55,714 bases of DNA from Verrucomicrobiota bacterium (GTDB lineage: Bacteria; Verrucomicrobiota; Verrucomicrobiia; Opitutales; Opitutaceae): positions 1-55,714 of the forward strand of contig JACQWL010000350.1 of the NCBI GenBank assembly GCA_016209255.1. The letters are read 5' to 3'. Numbering within the stretch: position 1 is the first letter of the stretch; every line of letters begins with the position of its first letter. The notes beneath the pieces are model-generated. The model saw only the letters and a program-made list of their open reading frames with translations. It was not told where the DNA came from and did no database searches. Positions 9,001-18,748 of the stretch are shown here, piece by piece. The translations under genes and the position numbers were made by a program.

Positions 9001-9257
9001 TCATCGGCGTGCAGGACAATTTCTTCGAGCTGGGCGGACATTCGCTGCGGGCGGCGCAGGTCGTCTCGCGGCTCAACGGCGCCTTTCACCTCACGCTGTC
9101 CGTGCGCAGCCTGTTCGACGAACCAACCATCGCCGGGCTGGCCCGCGAAATCGAAAAGCTTTGCGGCGGCGCGCGCGGCCCGCGCGTGGCCGGGCCCACG
9201 CGCGCCGCGCGCGAGGAGTATCGGGTGAAGGAAACCGAAACCGCCGGCGTGCACTGA
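6030..9257 (+). CDS. NRPS module 1 (C-A-T); A domain predicted Leu
   Basis: C: PLSPMQQGMLF, HHLLLDG. A: YTSGSTGAPKG, YGPTE, TGD, PNGKID. T: FFELGGHSL. Code read by eye DAWFLGHVVK (Leu-like). Confidence 0.95.
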   Translation: MSQESVTDAFPLSPMQQGMLFHSLYSARPGVNLEQVVIGLPEEIDARAMAEAWRWALGRHAILRTALRWEGIEQPRQEVHARLPFEFAVHDWSDLSGAARRRQFENFLLADRARGFRLDVAPLWRVALLQTGGEEHRLVFSFHHLLLDGRALAVLLNEALTACDGFRHGLEPDLPPPVPYRHYIDWLGAQDWREGELFWRRALRDFVVPTRLDLSRSTNVDHGRATGPRELQAEVPSELAAALRGLAKSHGLTLNTFVQGAWALLLGRYSGEDDVVFGAVRACRHSTVEGADSIVGLLINTLPLRVPLPPDLAVLAWLQRLRETWISLRPYEHTPLPDIQGWSEVPSGTPLFETIVSYQEPSWDAALQAQGGAWARRQFAIRSQPNYPLALDAVGGTALSLKIVFDASRFESATVRRMLGHLKTLLAAFAADPRQRLADLPLLTPGEHEQFNEWNRTHADYPRDRCVHQLFEAQASRTPAALAVADTRRQLSYRELDAESDVLARRLRTLGVATAVCVGVCLERSVELVVSLLAVLKAGGAYVPLDPAYPGERLAFLLEDAQSAVVVALRKHAPALASARVPLLCLDDATDPPNASARASAVLTRLSSEHLAYVIYTSGSTGAPKGVEIRHRSLVNLLTWHQRAYRITAADRATLIASPAFDASAWELWPYLAAGASIHIPDEETRVSPALLVRWLAARRITLSFLPTPLAEAVMDEAWPADVALRGVLTGGDKLRRRPGKKFPCALINHYGPTESTVVTTSAAVAPHASAPPPIGGPIANTEVHVLDHRRRLVPVGLAGELFIGGDGLARGYRQQPALTAEKFVRHPFDRTPGARLYQTGDLVRWREDGELEFLSRIDQQVKIRGHRIEPGEIEALLNGHPGVRESLVIAREDARSEPQLIAYLIAPPAGPPAVSDLVAFLRARLPGYMVPVAFLRLETWPLTPNGKIDRRALPAPTPASRRSNPPFASPRTPAEETVARVWTEVLGRPVIGVQDNFFELGGHSLRAAQVVSRLNGAFHLTLSVRSLFDEPTIAGLAREIEKLCGGARGPRVAGPTRAAREEYRVKETETAGVH

Positions 9258-9272
9258 AACCCGGAGAGTCCC

Positions 9273-12200
9273 ATGGAAACGCTGCAAACATCCGCGCGAT
9301 CGCCATTGGCGGCTCCCGCCAGGGAATTTTTCCGATTTCCCGCGACTTCGGCGCAGCAACGCATCTGGTTTCTGGAGGAGTTCCACCCGGGCTCGCCGCT
9401 CCACAACGTTCCCGTTGCCGTGAAGATCGCGGGGATGCTGGAGGTGCCGGCGTTCGAGCGCGCGATCAACCAGGTGGTGCAGCGCCACGAAATCTTGCGG
9501 ACGAGCTTCGGGCGGCGGCGCGATGCGCTCGCGCAAATGGTCGCGCCCGCGCTGGCAGTGCCCTTGCCCGTGCGCGATCTCCGCGGGCTGCCGGCGGCGG
9601 AGCGCGAGGCGCATGCGCTTCGCATCGCCTGCGACCACGCCCGGCAGCCATTCGATCTCGGTCGCCTGCCGCTGTTGCGCGCGCAGCTCCTCAAACTTTC
9701 CGACGCCGAGCACATCTTCGTGCTGACGGTGCATCACATGATCTTCGACGGCTGGTCACTCAACGTCTTCTTCAGGGACATCGGGGTCTACTATGGAGGA
9801 AGGCAAGGTGATCAGCCGCTCGAACTTTCAGCACTCCCCATTCAATACGCCGACTTCGCCGTTTGGCAGCGAGCCCAGCTCGCGTCGGGCGGCGGCTCGC
9901 TCGAATGGTGGCGGCGGCAGTTGGGCGGCGGGCCGCCGCCGTTGGAACTGCCGACCGATCGGCCCCGGCCCGCCGTGTCGAGTTACCGCGGCGCCGTCGA
10001 AACGCTGGAACTGCCTCCGCGCCTTCACTCAAAACTCGCTGCGCTGAGCCGCCGCGAACGGGCGACAATGTTCATGACGTTGCTCGCGGCGTGGCAAACG
10101 CTGCTGCACCGCTACACCGGGCGGGAAGCAATCGCCGTCGGCACGCCGGTCGCCGGCCGTTCGTTGCCGGAGACCGAGACGCTCATCGGCCTCTTCATCA
10201 ATACCCTGGTGTTGCGCGGCGACCTGTCGGGCAATCCGACCTTCCGTGCGCTGCTCGCCCGCGTGCGCGAGACCGTGCTCGATGCGCTCGCGCACGACGA
10301 CGTGCCGTTCGACAAACTGGTCGAGGCGCTGCACCCGGAGCGAAGTGTGAGCCACGCACCGCTCGTGCAGGTGATGTTCGCCCTGGAGCACGCACCGCTG
10401 GAGGCGGTGCCGTGGCCGGGCCTGCGACTCACGCAACTCGAACTCGACAGTGGCACCGCCAAGTTCGACCTCACGCTCTACCTGGTTGAGCGGGCCGCCG
10501 GCCTGACCGCCCGCCTCGAATACAGCACCGACATCTTCGATGCCGCGACGATTCGGCACCTGCTGGGGCACTACCACGTGTTGCTCGAAGGCATTGCGGC
10601 CGAACCCGAGCGGCCGCTCGCCGCGCTCCCGTTGCTCACGGAGATCGAGCGCCACAAATTGCTCGTGGAGTGGAACGACACGCGCGCCGATTACCCGCGG
10701 CAGCAAACGGTGGCCGATTTGTTCGCGGCCCAGGCGGCGTGCCGCCCGCAGACGATCGCCGTCATCGACCATCGGCGGTGGACGACCTATCGCGAACTCG
10801 ACGGCCACGCGAACCAACTCGCGCGTTTTCTTCGCCGGAACGGCGTGGGCCGCGGGACGCTCGTCGGCATCTGCGTGGATCGCTCCGTGGCGATGCTCGT
10901 CGGTTTGCTCGGCATCCTCAAGGCCGGCGGCGCCTATGTGCCGCTCGATCCCGCATTTCCGCGCGAGCGCCTTGCGTGGATGATGGAGGATTCGCAGGCG
11001 CCGGTAATCGTGACGGAGAAACCGAGGCTCGAAACCCTGCCGCCAACTCAGGCGCGGTGCATCCGCCTCGACGAGCAGTGGCCGGAGATCGTTCGGGAAA
11101 GCTGCGAGCCGTTGCCGGCCGGGGCGGGGCCGGGGGATCTCGCTTACGTGCTCTACACCTCCGGCTCGACCGGCAAACCGAAAGGCGTGGCGATTCCGCA
11201 TCGCGCCGTCGTGAATTTTCTTCATTCGATGCAATTGCGGCCGGGGCTGACGAGCGCCGATCGGTTGCTCGCGGTCACGACCCTGTCGTTCGACATCGCC
11301 GCGCTCGAGCTCTTCCTCCCGCTCGCCGTTGGCGGTTGCGTGGTGCTCGCCACCCGCGAGGAAGCAGCCGACGCCACTCGCCTCGCCGAAAAGATTTCCG
11401 CGAGCGGCGCCACGGTCATGCAGGCCACGCCCGCGACGTGGCGCATGCTGCTCGACTCCGGTTGGACGGGCGCGAAATCGCTCCGCATTTTCTGCGGCGG
11501 CGAGGCGCTCCCGCGCGCGCTGGCCGACCGCCTGCTCACACACGGCGCCGAGTTGTGGAATCTCTACGGCCCGACCGAGACCACCATTTGGTCGAGCGTC
11601 GCGAAAGTAGAAGCCGGCGCCCGCCCCGTCGTCATCGGCCGGCCCATCGCCAACACGCAGCTCCACGTCCTCGACGCACACTTGCAACTTGTGCCCGTCG
11701 GCGCGCCGGGCGAACTGTTCATTGGCGGCGACGGCCTGGCACGCGGCTATGTGAATCGCCCGGAACTGACCGCGGAAAGATTCCTGCCCGATCCGTTTTC
11801 CACGGTGCCCGGTGCGCGTCTTTACCGCACAGGGGATCTCGCGCGGCGCCGTCCGGATGGTGAGATTGAATTGCTCGGCCGCGCCGACCACCAGGTTAAG
11901 CTCCGCGGGTTCCGCATCGAACTCGGCGAGATCGAAACCGTGCTGCGGGAATTGCCGGCGGTGAGCGATGCGGTGGTCGTCGCGCGCGAAGATGCCCCCG
12001 GCGACAAACGCCTGGTCGCCTACTTCATCGCCGCGGCCACTCCCGCGCCAGGCGCCGCGGAATTGCGCGAGCTTCTCGGGAAGAAACTCCCCGATTACAT
12101 GGTGCCCTCGGCCTTCGTGCCGCTCGAACGCCTGCCGCTGACGCCGAACGGCAAGATTGATCGCCGTGCACTGCCCGCGCCGGCACTCGACCGCATGCGA

Positions 12201-12551
12201 ATCGAAACCTCGTTCGTCGCGCCGCAAGCGGGCGTGGAGCAAACGATCGCCGCGGTCTGGGAAGAGGTGCTGTCCGTCAAGCGGCCTGGCGCGAACGACA
12301 ACTTTTTCGATCTCGGCGGCCACTCGCTCAACGTCGTGCAAGTGCAGGGCCGGTTGCGCGAGCGGCTCGGCCGCGAGGTGCCGCTGCTCGGGTTTTTCCA
12401 GCACCCAACCATCCGTTCGCTCGCGCGCGCGCTCGACGGCCATGAGAACGGAAGCGGCCACGGTTTTCACGAGAGAATCCGCGCCCGCGCGCAGCAGCAA
12501 CGCGGTGCCGCCGCCCGCCCGCGCGGCATGGCCGCCGCCTCCCGCACATGA
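9273..12551 (+). CDS. NRPS module 2 (C-A-T); A domain predicted Gly
   Basis: HHMIFDG (LCL-type context), A core motifs, FFDLGGHSL. Code DILQFGLIWK versus Gly consensus DILQLGLIWK. Confidence 0.95.
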   Translation: METLQTSARSPLAAPAREFFRFPATSAQQRIWFLEEFHPGSPLHNVPVAVKIAGMLEVPAFERAINQVVQRHEILRTSFGRRRDALAQMVAPALAVPLPVRDLRGLPAAEREAHALRIACDHARQPFDLGRLPLLRAQLLKLSDAEHIFVLTVHHMIFDGWSLNVFFRDIGVYYGGRQGDQPLELSALPIQYADFAVWQRAQLASGGGSLEWWRRQLGGGPPPLELPTDRPRPAVSSYRGAVETLELPPRLHSKLAALSRRERATMFMTLLAAWQTLLHRYTGREAIAVGTPVAGRSLPETETLIGLFINTLVLRGDLSGNPTFRALLARVRETVLDALAHDDVPFDKLVEALHPERSVSHAPLVQVMFALEHAPLEAVPWPGLRLTQLELDSGTAKFDLTLYLVERAAGLTARLEYSTDIFDAATIRHLLGHYHVLLEGIAAEPERPLAALPLLTEIERHKLLVEWNDTRADYPRQQTVADLFAAQAACRPQTIAVIDHRRWTTYRELDGHANQLARFLRRNGVGRGTLVGICVDRSVAMLVGLLGILKAGGAYVPLDPAFPRERLAWMMEDSQAPVIVTEKPRLETLPPTQARCIRLDEQWPEIVRESCEPLPAGAGPGDLAYVLYTSGSTGKPKGVAIPHRAVVNFLHSMQLRPGLTSADRLLAVTTLSFDIAALELFLPLAVGGCVVLATREEAADATRLAEKISASGATVMQATPATWRMLLDSGWTGAKSLRIFCGGEALPRALADRLLTHGAELWNLYGPTETTIWSSVAKVEAGARPVVIGRPIANTQLHVLDAHLQLVPVGAPGELFIGGDGLARGYVNRPELTAERFLPDPFSTVPGARLYRTGDLARRRPDGEIELLGRADHQVKLRGFRIELGEIETVLRELPAVSDAVVVAREDAPGDKRLVAYFIAAATPAPGAAELRELLGKKLPDYMVPSAFVPLERLPLTPNGKIDRRALPAPALDRMRIETSFVAPQAGVEQTIAAVWEEVLSVKRPGANDNFFDLGGHSLNVVQVQGRLRERLGREVPLLGFFQHPTIRSLARALDGHENGSGHGFHERIRARAQQQRGAAARPRGMAAASRT

Positions 12552-15500
12552 ACCCCCGCGAGTCCCTGCACGAAAGCGTCGCGATCGTCGGCCTCGCCGG
12601 ACGCTTCCCCGGTGCGCGCGACCTCGATGAATTCTGGCGCAACCTGCGCGATGGCGTGGAGTCGGTCTCGTTTTTCCCGGACGACGAGCTGCAGTCCTCG
12701 CTGCTCGACGGCCCGGTGCCGCACGGCGCGCCGAATCTGGTGAAGGCCCGCGCCGTGCTCGAAAGGCCCGAGTGGTTCGATGCGGCGTTTTTCGGCATCA
12801 ATCCGAAGGAGGCCGAGCTGCTCGATCCGCAGCAGCGGATTTTCCTCGAGTGCGCGTGGGAGGCCCTGGAACAGGCGGCCTGCAACCCGGAAACTTGCGG
12901 GGGCGCGATCGGCGTGTTTGCCGGCGCGGGCATGAACACCTACCTGCTTTCAAACCTGCTCACGCGACCCGACGTGCTCCGGCTGGTCGGTGGTTTTCAG
13001 GCGATGCTCGCGAGCGACAAGGATTTTCTGCCGACGCGCGTCTCCTACAAACTGAACCTCCGCGGTCCGAGCCTCAATGTGCAGACCGCGTGCTCGACTT
13101 CGCTCGTCGCCGTCTGTCTCGCGAGCCAGAATCTGCTCAATTTCCAGTGCGATGTCGCGCTGGCCGGCGGCGTGGCGGTCACTTTTCCGCAAAAACGCGG
13201 CCTGCTCTATCAAGAGGGCTCCATCCTCGCGCCGGACGGACACTGCCGGCCGTTCGATGCCAGCGCCGCCGGAACCGTGTCTGGCGACGGTGCGGGTGTG
13301 GTGGTGCTGAAGCGGCTCTCCGATGCACTCGCCGACGGCGACATGATTTGGGCGGTCATCAAGGGCACCGCGCTTAACAACGACGGCGCGCACAAAATCG
13401 GTTACACGGCTCCGAGCATCGACGGCCAGGCCGAGGTCATCGCACTCGCGCAAGCGCAGGCGGGCGTCGAGCCGGAGTCGATCTCTTACGTCGAGACGCA
13501 CGGCACCGCGACGCCGCTCGGCGATCCGATTGAGATCGCCGGGCTCACGAAGGCGTTTGGGGCGCGCGCCAGCGCCGCAAAGTTCTGCGCGCTCGGCTCG
13601 GTGAAGGGCAACATCGGTCACCTCGACGCCGCGGCCGGAATCGCGGGTCTCATCAAGACCGTGCTCGCGCTGCACCACGAGCAACTCCCGCCGAGTCTGC
13701 ACTTCAAGCAGCCAAACCCGAAGATCGATTTCGCGAACAGCCCGTTTTTCGTGAACAACCGGCTGCGCGACTGGCCGCGCGGCGACGCGCCACGCCGCGC
13801 GGGCGTGAGTTCGTTCGGCATCGGCGGAACCAACGCGCACGTCGTGCTGGAGGAAGCGCCCGCGCCCGCGCCATCGGGCGCGGCGGCACGCCCGTGGCAC
13901 TTGTTCACGCTCTCGGCGAAATCGCCCGCGGCGCTCGACGCTGCGACCAACAATCTCGCCGACCGTCTCCATGCCGCTCACCAGTTGAATCCCGCCGACG
14001 CGGCGTTTACGTTGCACACGGGACGGAAGCATTTCGAACACCGGCGCGCGCTGGTCTGCGAGTCCGCGGCCGACCTCGTGCAAACGGTGCGCGCGAACGA
14101 TGCGCGGCGAATTGCCACCGGCCGTGCGCCGGAGCACGAGCCGCCCGTCACGTTCATGTTTCCCGGCCAGGGGGCGCAACAGGCCAACATGGCGCGCGGA
14201 CTCTACGACACCGAGCCGGTGTTTCGCGAGCAAGTGGACCGCGGGTGCGAGATTCTGCGGCCGCATCTCGAGCAGGATTTGCGCAAGATTCTTTTTCCGT
14301 CGGCGACGAAGGAAGCTGCGGCGACCCAGCAGCTCGCGCAGACCGCGTTCACGCAGCCGGCGTTGTTCGTGGTGGAACATGCACTCGCGCAGCTCTGGAT
14401 GAGCTGGGGCATCCGCCCGCACGTCATGATCGGCCACAGTCTGGGTGAGTATGTGGCGGCGTGTCTCGCGGAGGTATTCTCGCTCGAAGATGCGCTCACC
14501 CTTGTCGCCGCGCGCGGTCGGCTGCTGCAAGCCCAGCCGCCCGGTGCGATGCTCGCGGTGCGGTTGCCCGAGGCCGAAATCGTGGCGCTGCTCGGCCGCC
14601 ATCTGTCGCTCGCGAGCGTCAATGCTCCCGGCGCGTGCGTGGCGTCGGGGCCCTTTGAAGCGATCGAGGCACTGGAACGGCAACTCGCACCGCGCAACAC
14701 GCCATGCAAGCGGCTCGCGACTTCGCACGCATTTCATTCCGCGATGATGGACGCCGCGCTGAAGCCGTTCACCGCCGAGGTCCGCAACGTGAAACTCAAT
14801 CCGCCACGCATCCGCTGCCTGTCGAACGTCACCGGCACATGGCTCACCGCGGAACAGGCGACGAGCCCAGACTATTGGACCGCGCACGTGCGGCAGGCGG
14901 TGCGTTTCGCCGACGGGATTGGCGTGCTTGCGCAGGAGCCGGGCTGCATCTTGCTCGAAGTCGGCCCGGGCCAGACGCTCGGCGCGCTGGCGCGGCAGCA
15001 TCCGATGGTGGGTTCGCAACATGCGGTCGTATCATCGCTCGCTTCGGCGCAGGAACCGGGATGCGGCTCCGCCACCGTGCTCGGAGCGCTCGGCCGGTTG
15101 TGGATTGCGGGTGCGAGGGTGGATTGGAGCGGCTTCCACGCAAACGAAGAGCGGCGACACGTGCCGATGCCGACGTATCCCTTCGAGCGCAAACGCCATT
15201 GGATCGAACCCGGCCGGATCGAGGGTGCCGCGCCGGCCACGGAGCAGACAGCCGGGGTCGCGGGGCCGGCGAGCGAACCGGCCGGGAAGACAGCAACGGC
15301 GGAGCCGGACGGGCAGGCGCCCGCGCTTGCGCAATTGCAGGCGCTGTTCCGCGACTTGTCCGGTCTCGACCTGGTTGGGCACACGAGAACGAGTTTCGCG
15401 GCGCTGGGGTTCGACTCGCTATTTCTCGTGCAGGCTGCCGCGGCGCTGGAACGAAATTTTGGCGTGCCGATCGCCTTTCGCGATCTTCTGGGTGACCTCA

Positions 15501-18500
15501 ACACCCTCGAGGCACTCGTGGCGCACGTCGCGCCGGAGGCGGCGGCAAAAGCGACGGCGAAGAATTCCGCGCCCGCGCGCACGGTTGAGCGGGGAGGAGC
15601 GCAATCGCCGCTGACCGAGGCCCAGCGCGAGATTTGGTTCGCCTGCCAGTTGAGCGATGCCGCGTCGTGCACCTATAACGAGTCGCGCCGCCTGCGCTTT
15701 CGTGGCGCGCTCAATTGCGATGCGATGCGACGCGCGTTCCAACACCTCGTGGAGTTGCACGAGGCGCTGCGCACCCTCTTCGCGCCGTCGGGCGACGTGC
15801 AGCACGTGGTGCCGGACCTCAAACTGGAGATCCCGCTCGATGATTTGACGGCGCTGATGCGCGAAGGCCGCGCGATGGGGCTCGATGCGCTCGAAGCCAC
15901 GGAGGCTGCGCAGCCATTCGATCTGACGCGCGGACCATTGCTGCGGGCGCGGCTCGTCCGACTGGACTCCGAGGAGCACGCGCTGCTGCTTACGATTCAT
16001 CACCTCGTGTGCGATGGACACTCGTGGGGGATTTTGCTGCGCGAACTGGTCGAGTTGTATGCGGCTGAGGCTGGCGGGAAACGCGCGCGGTTCGAACTTC
16101 CGCAGCAACTGAGCGACTACGCCCGCGCCCGCGCCGCTCAGCCCGACGTCGCGCCGCGTCGCGCCGCGGAGGTCTACTGGACCGCGCAGTTCGCCGATGG
16201 CGCGCCGGTGGTCGAGCTACCCGCAGACTGGCGGCCCGCGGCGGGCGCCGACTTTGCGGGCGCACGCGAGTCGCACGTGCTCGGCGCCGCATTGCGCGAC
16301 CGGCTGCGGGAGGTGAGCGCAAAACAGGGCTGCACGCTGTTCACAACGCTGCTCGCAGCGTATTACGTGTGGCTGGCGCGGCTCACCGGGCAGGACGACC
16401 TCGTCGTGGGCGTGCCGGTGGCCGAGCGGACGCAGCCGGGCGCAGAAACGCTCGTCGCGCACTGTGTGGAATTCTTACCGGTGCGGATTCGTGTAAATGA
16501 AGACGCGGCATTTCCCGATTTTCTGGCCAGTGCGAAGCAGGTATTTCTCGATGCGTTCGACCACCGGCAATGCGGATTCGGCCGCATCCTGCAGTTGCTC
16601 AACCTCCCGCGCGATCCGGGCCGGATGCCGTTGGTGGCGGTGACGTTCAACGTCGACCGGCTGCACGAACCGCTGCAATTTGCCGGCCTCTCGAGCGACT
16701 TCGCCTGCAACCCGCACTGCGCCACCAATGTCGATCTCGGTTTCAACATCACCGAAGTCGGCGACCGGCTCGAACTCGAGTGCCGCTACCGCAGCGGGCG
16801 GTTCGACGCTGACACGATCCGGCGGTGGCTCGGCCATTTTGAAGTCCTGCTCGACGCGATTGCGACAAACTCGGCGGCGAGAGTGGGGGATCTGCCGATG
16901 CTTTCGTCTGACCAGCAACGCCGGTGGCTGGTGGAGTGGAACGCCACCCGGGCCGTATTTCCGGAGAGCAAATGCGTCCACCAATTGTTCGAGGAACAAG
17001 TTGGGCGCACGCCCGAGGCGACAGCCGTGATCTGCGGTGAGGAGCGCGTGACCTTCCGAGAATTGGACGAACGCGCGAACCGGCTCGCGATGGAACTACG
17101 CGCGCTGAAAGTTGGCGCGGACGCGCTCGTCGGGATTTGTTTGGAGCGAACGATGGAGATGGTCGTGGCGGTGCTCGCCGTGTTGAAAGCTGGCGGTGCC
17201 TACGTGCCGCTCGACCCGAATTACCCGCGCGAACGCCTCGCGTTCATGCTGGAGGACGCGCGTGCGTCGGTGCTCCTCACGCACTCGAATCTGGCTGGCG
17301 TGGTGCCAGCGGGAGACGCTGGCATCGTCTTCGTCGACGCCGAGCGCCGGCGGGCGCCGCGCCGGGTGAGCGTGGTTCCGGCGGTGGAGGCGCGCAACCT
17401 CGCCTACGTGCTCTACACCTCCGGCTCGACGGGGCGGCCGAAAGGCGTGGCCGTCGAACACCGCAGCGTGGTGGCCCTCATCGCATGGGCGCGGCGGCGC
17501 TACCGGCCGGAGGAGTTGCGCGGTGTGCTGGCGTCGACTTCACTCGGTTTCGATCTTTCCGTGTTCGAATTGTTCGTGCCGCTGGCCACCGGCGGCGCAG
17601 TGATTCTGGCCGCAAATGCACTTTCACTGCCGACGCTGCCCGCGGCGCACGAAGTAACGCTCATCAACACCGTGCCCTCCGCCATCGCCGAACTGCTGCG
17701 GCTCGGCGCGATCCCCGGTTCCGCGCAGACGCTCAACCTCGCTGGCGAGCCGCTGGCTCAGGATCTCGTCGACAAACTCTATCAGCAGCCGGCGGTTCGC
17801 CGCGTCTTCGATCTCTATGGTCCGACGGAAACCACCGTATACTCGACGTGCGCGCTGCGCCGGCCCGGCGGCCGTGCGACGATTGGCCGGCCATTGGAAA
17901 ACGAACAGGTCTACGTGCTCGATGCGCGCCTGCGCCCGGTGCCGCTCGGCGTGCCAGGCGAGTTGTTCATCGGTGGCGACGGACTCGCGCGCGGCTACCT
18001 GAACCGGCCGGAACTGACGGCGGAGAAATTCATCGTGTCGCCGTTTGCGCCGGGCGAGCGGCTCTACCGCACGGGCGACCGCGTGCGGCTCTTGCCCGAC
18101 GGCAATATCGAGTTCCTCGGGCGGCTCGACCACCAGGTCAAATTGCGCGGGCATCGCATCGAACTCGGTGAAATCGAGTCGACGTTGCGCGCGCAGCCCG
18201 GAGTGGATGAGGCCGTGGCGCTCGTGTGGACGCAGGCGGGCGACCCGCGCCTGGTGGCCTACGTCGCGCCCGTGGCGGGTCGCGACATCGAGGCCGCGGA
18301 AATCCGGCACGAGTTGCAGCAGAAATTGCCCGGTTACATGGTGCCGACGGCGATAGTCCCCCTCGCCAATCTGCCGCGTACGCCGAATGGGAAAATCGAC
18401 CGCAGGGCGCTGCCCCCGCCGGACGGCGCGGCAGCCGATGCCGCGGCGAGAGGCTATGTGGCACCCGGTACGCCGACCGAGGAGACGCTCGCGCGCATCT

Positions 18501-18748
18501 GGTGCGAGTTGCTCGGCCGCGAGCGCATCGGGACACACGACGACTTTTTCGCACTGGGCGGCCATTCGCTGCTCGTCACGCAGTTCATCGCACGTGTGCG
18601 GGCTGCGTTTCGGGTCGAGCTATCGATGCGGGCCGTGTTTCAAACACCGACCGTCGCCGCGCTCGCCCTGGCCGTCGAGGAAATGATCGTCGCTGAAATC
18701 AGCGCGATGAGCGAAGCGGAGGCGCAGCGCTGCGCGCACAGCGCGTGA
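12548..18748 (+). CDS. Hybrid PKS-NRPS (KS-AT-ACP-C-A-T); malonyl-CoA extender, A domain predicted Ala
   Basis: KS QTACSTS, HGTAT, GHLD; AT GHSLG and HAFH (malonyl type); ACP LGFDSL; C HHLVCDG; code DLFNNALVYK (Ala-like); T FFALGGHSL. No KR/DH/ER. Confidence 0.95.
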   Translation: MNPRESLHESVAIVGLAGRFPGARDLDEFWRNLRDGVESVSFFPDDELQSSLLDGPVPHGAPNLVKARAVLERPEWFDAAFFGINPKEAELLDPQQRIFLECAWEALEQAACNPETCGGAIGVFAGAGMNTYLLSNLLTRPDVLRLVGGFQAMLASDKDFLPTRVSYKLNLRGPSLNVQTACSTSLVAVCLASQNLLNFQCDVALAGGVAVTFPQKRGLLYQEGSILAPDGHCRPFDASAAGTVSGDGAGVVVLKRLSDALADGDMIWAVIKGTALNNDGAHKIGYTAPSIDGQAEVIALAQAQAGVEPESISYVETHGTATPLGDPIEIAGLTKAFGARASAAKFCALGSVKGNIGHLDAAAGIAGLIKTVLALHHEQLPPSLHFKQPNPKIDFANSPFFVNNRLRDWPRGDAPRRAGVSSFGIGGTNAHVVLEEAPAPAPSGAAARPWHLFTLSAKSPAALDAATNNLADRLHAAHQLNPADAAFTLHTGRKHFEHRRALVCESAADLVQTVRANDARRIATGRAPEHEPPVTFMFPGQGAQQANMARGLYDTEPVFREQVDRGCEILRPHLEQDLRKILFPSATKEAAATQQLAQTAFTQPALFVVEHALAQLWMSWGIRPHVMIGHSLGEYVAACLAEVFSLEDALTLVAARGRLLQAQPPGAMLAVRLPEAEIVALLGRHLSLASVNAPGACVASGPFEAIEALERQLAPRNTPCKRLATSHAFHSAMMDAALKPFTAEVRNVKLNPPRIRCLSNVTGTWLTAEQATSPDYWTAHVRQAVRFADGIGVLAQEPGCILLEVGPGQTLGALARQHPMVGSQHAVVSSLASAQEPGCGSATVLGALGRLWIAGARVDWSGFHANEERRHVPMPTYPFERKRHWIEPGRIEGAAPATEQTAGVAGPASEPAGKTATAEPDGQAPALAQLQALFRDLSGLDLVGHTRTSFAALGFDSLFLVQAAAALERNFGVPIAFRDLLGDLNTLEALVAHVAPEAAAKATAKNSAPARTVERGGAQSPLTEAQREIWFACQLSDAASCTYNESRRLRFRGALNCDAMRRAFQHLVELHEALRTLFAPSGDVQHVVPDLKLEIPLDDLTALMREGRAMGLDALEATEAAQPFDLTRGPLLRARLVRLDSEEHALLLTIHHLVCDGHSWGILLRELVELYAAEAGGKRARFELPQQLSDYARARAAQPDVAPRRAAEVYWTAQFADGAPVVELPADWRPAAGADFAGARESHVLGAALRDRLREVSAKQGCTLFTTLLAAYYVWLARLTGQDDLVVGVPVAERTQPGAETLVAHCVEFLPVRIRVNEDAAFPDFLASAKQVFLDAFDHRQCGFGRILQLLNLPRDPGRMPLVAVTFNVDRLHEPLQFAGLSSDFACNPHCATNVDLGFNITEVGDRLELECRYRSGRFDADTIRRWLGHFEVLLDAIATNSAARVGDLPMLSSDQQRRWLVEWNATRAVFPESKCVHQLFEEQVGRTPEATAVICGEERVTFRELDERANRLAMELRALKVGADALVGICLERTMEMVVAVLAVLKAGGAYVPLDPNYPRERLAFMLEDARASVLLTHSNLAGVVPAGDAGIVFVDAERRRAPRRVSVVPAVEARNLAYVLYTSGSTGRPKGVAVEHRSVVALIAWARRRYRPEELRGVLASTSLGFDLSVFELFVPLATGGAVILAANALSLPTLPAAHEVTLINTVPSAIAELLRLGAIPGSAQTLNLAGEPLAQDLVDKLYQQPAVRRVFDLYGPTETTVYSTCALRRPGGRATIGRPLENEQVYVLDARLRPVPLGVPGELFIGGDGLARGYLNRPELTAEKFIVSPFAPGERLYRTGDRVRLLPDGNIEFLGRLDHQVKLRGHRIELGEIESTLRAQPGVDEAVALVWTQAGDPRLVAYVAPVAGRDIEAAEIRHELQQKLPGYMVPTAIVPLANLPRTPNGKIDRRALPPPDGAAADAAARGYVAPGTPTEETLARIWCELLGRERIGTHDDFFALGGHSLLVTQFIARVRAAFRVELSMRAVFQTPTVAALALAVEEMIVAEISAMSEAEAQRCAHSA

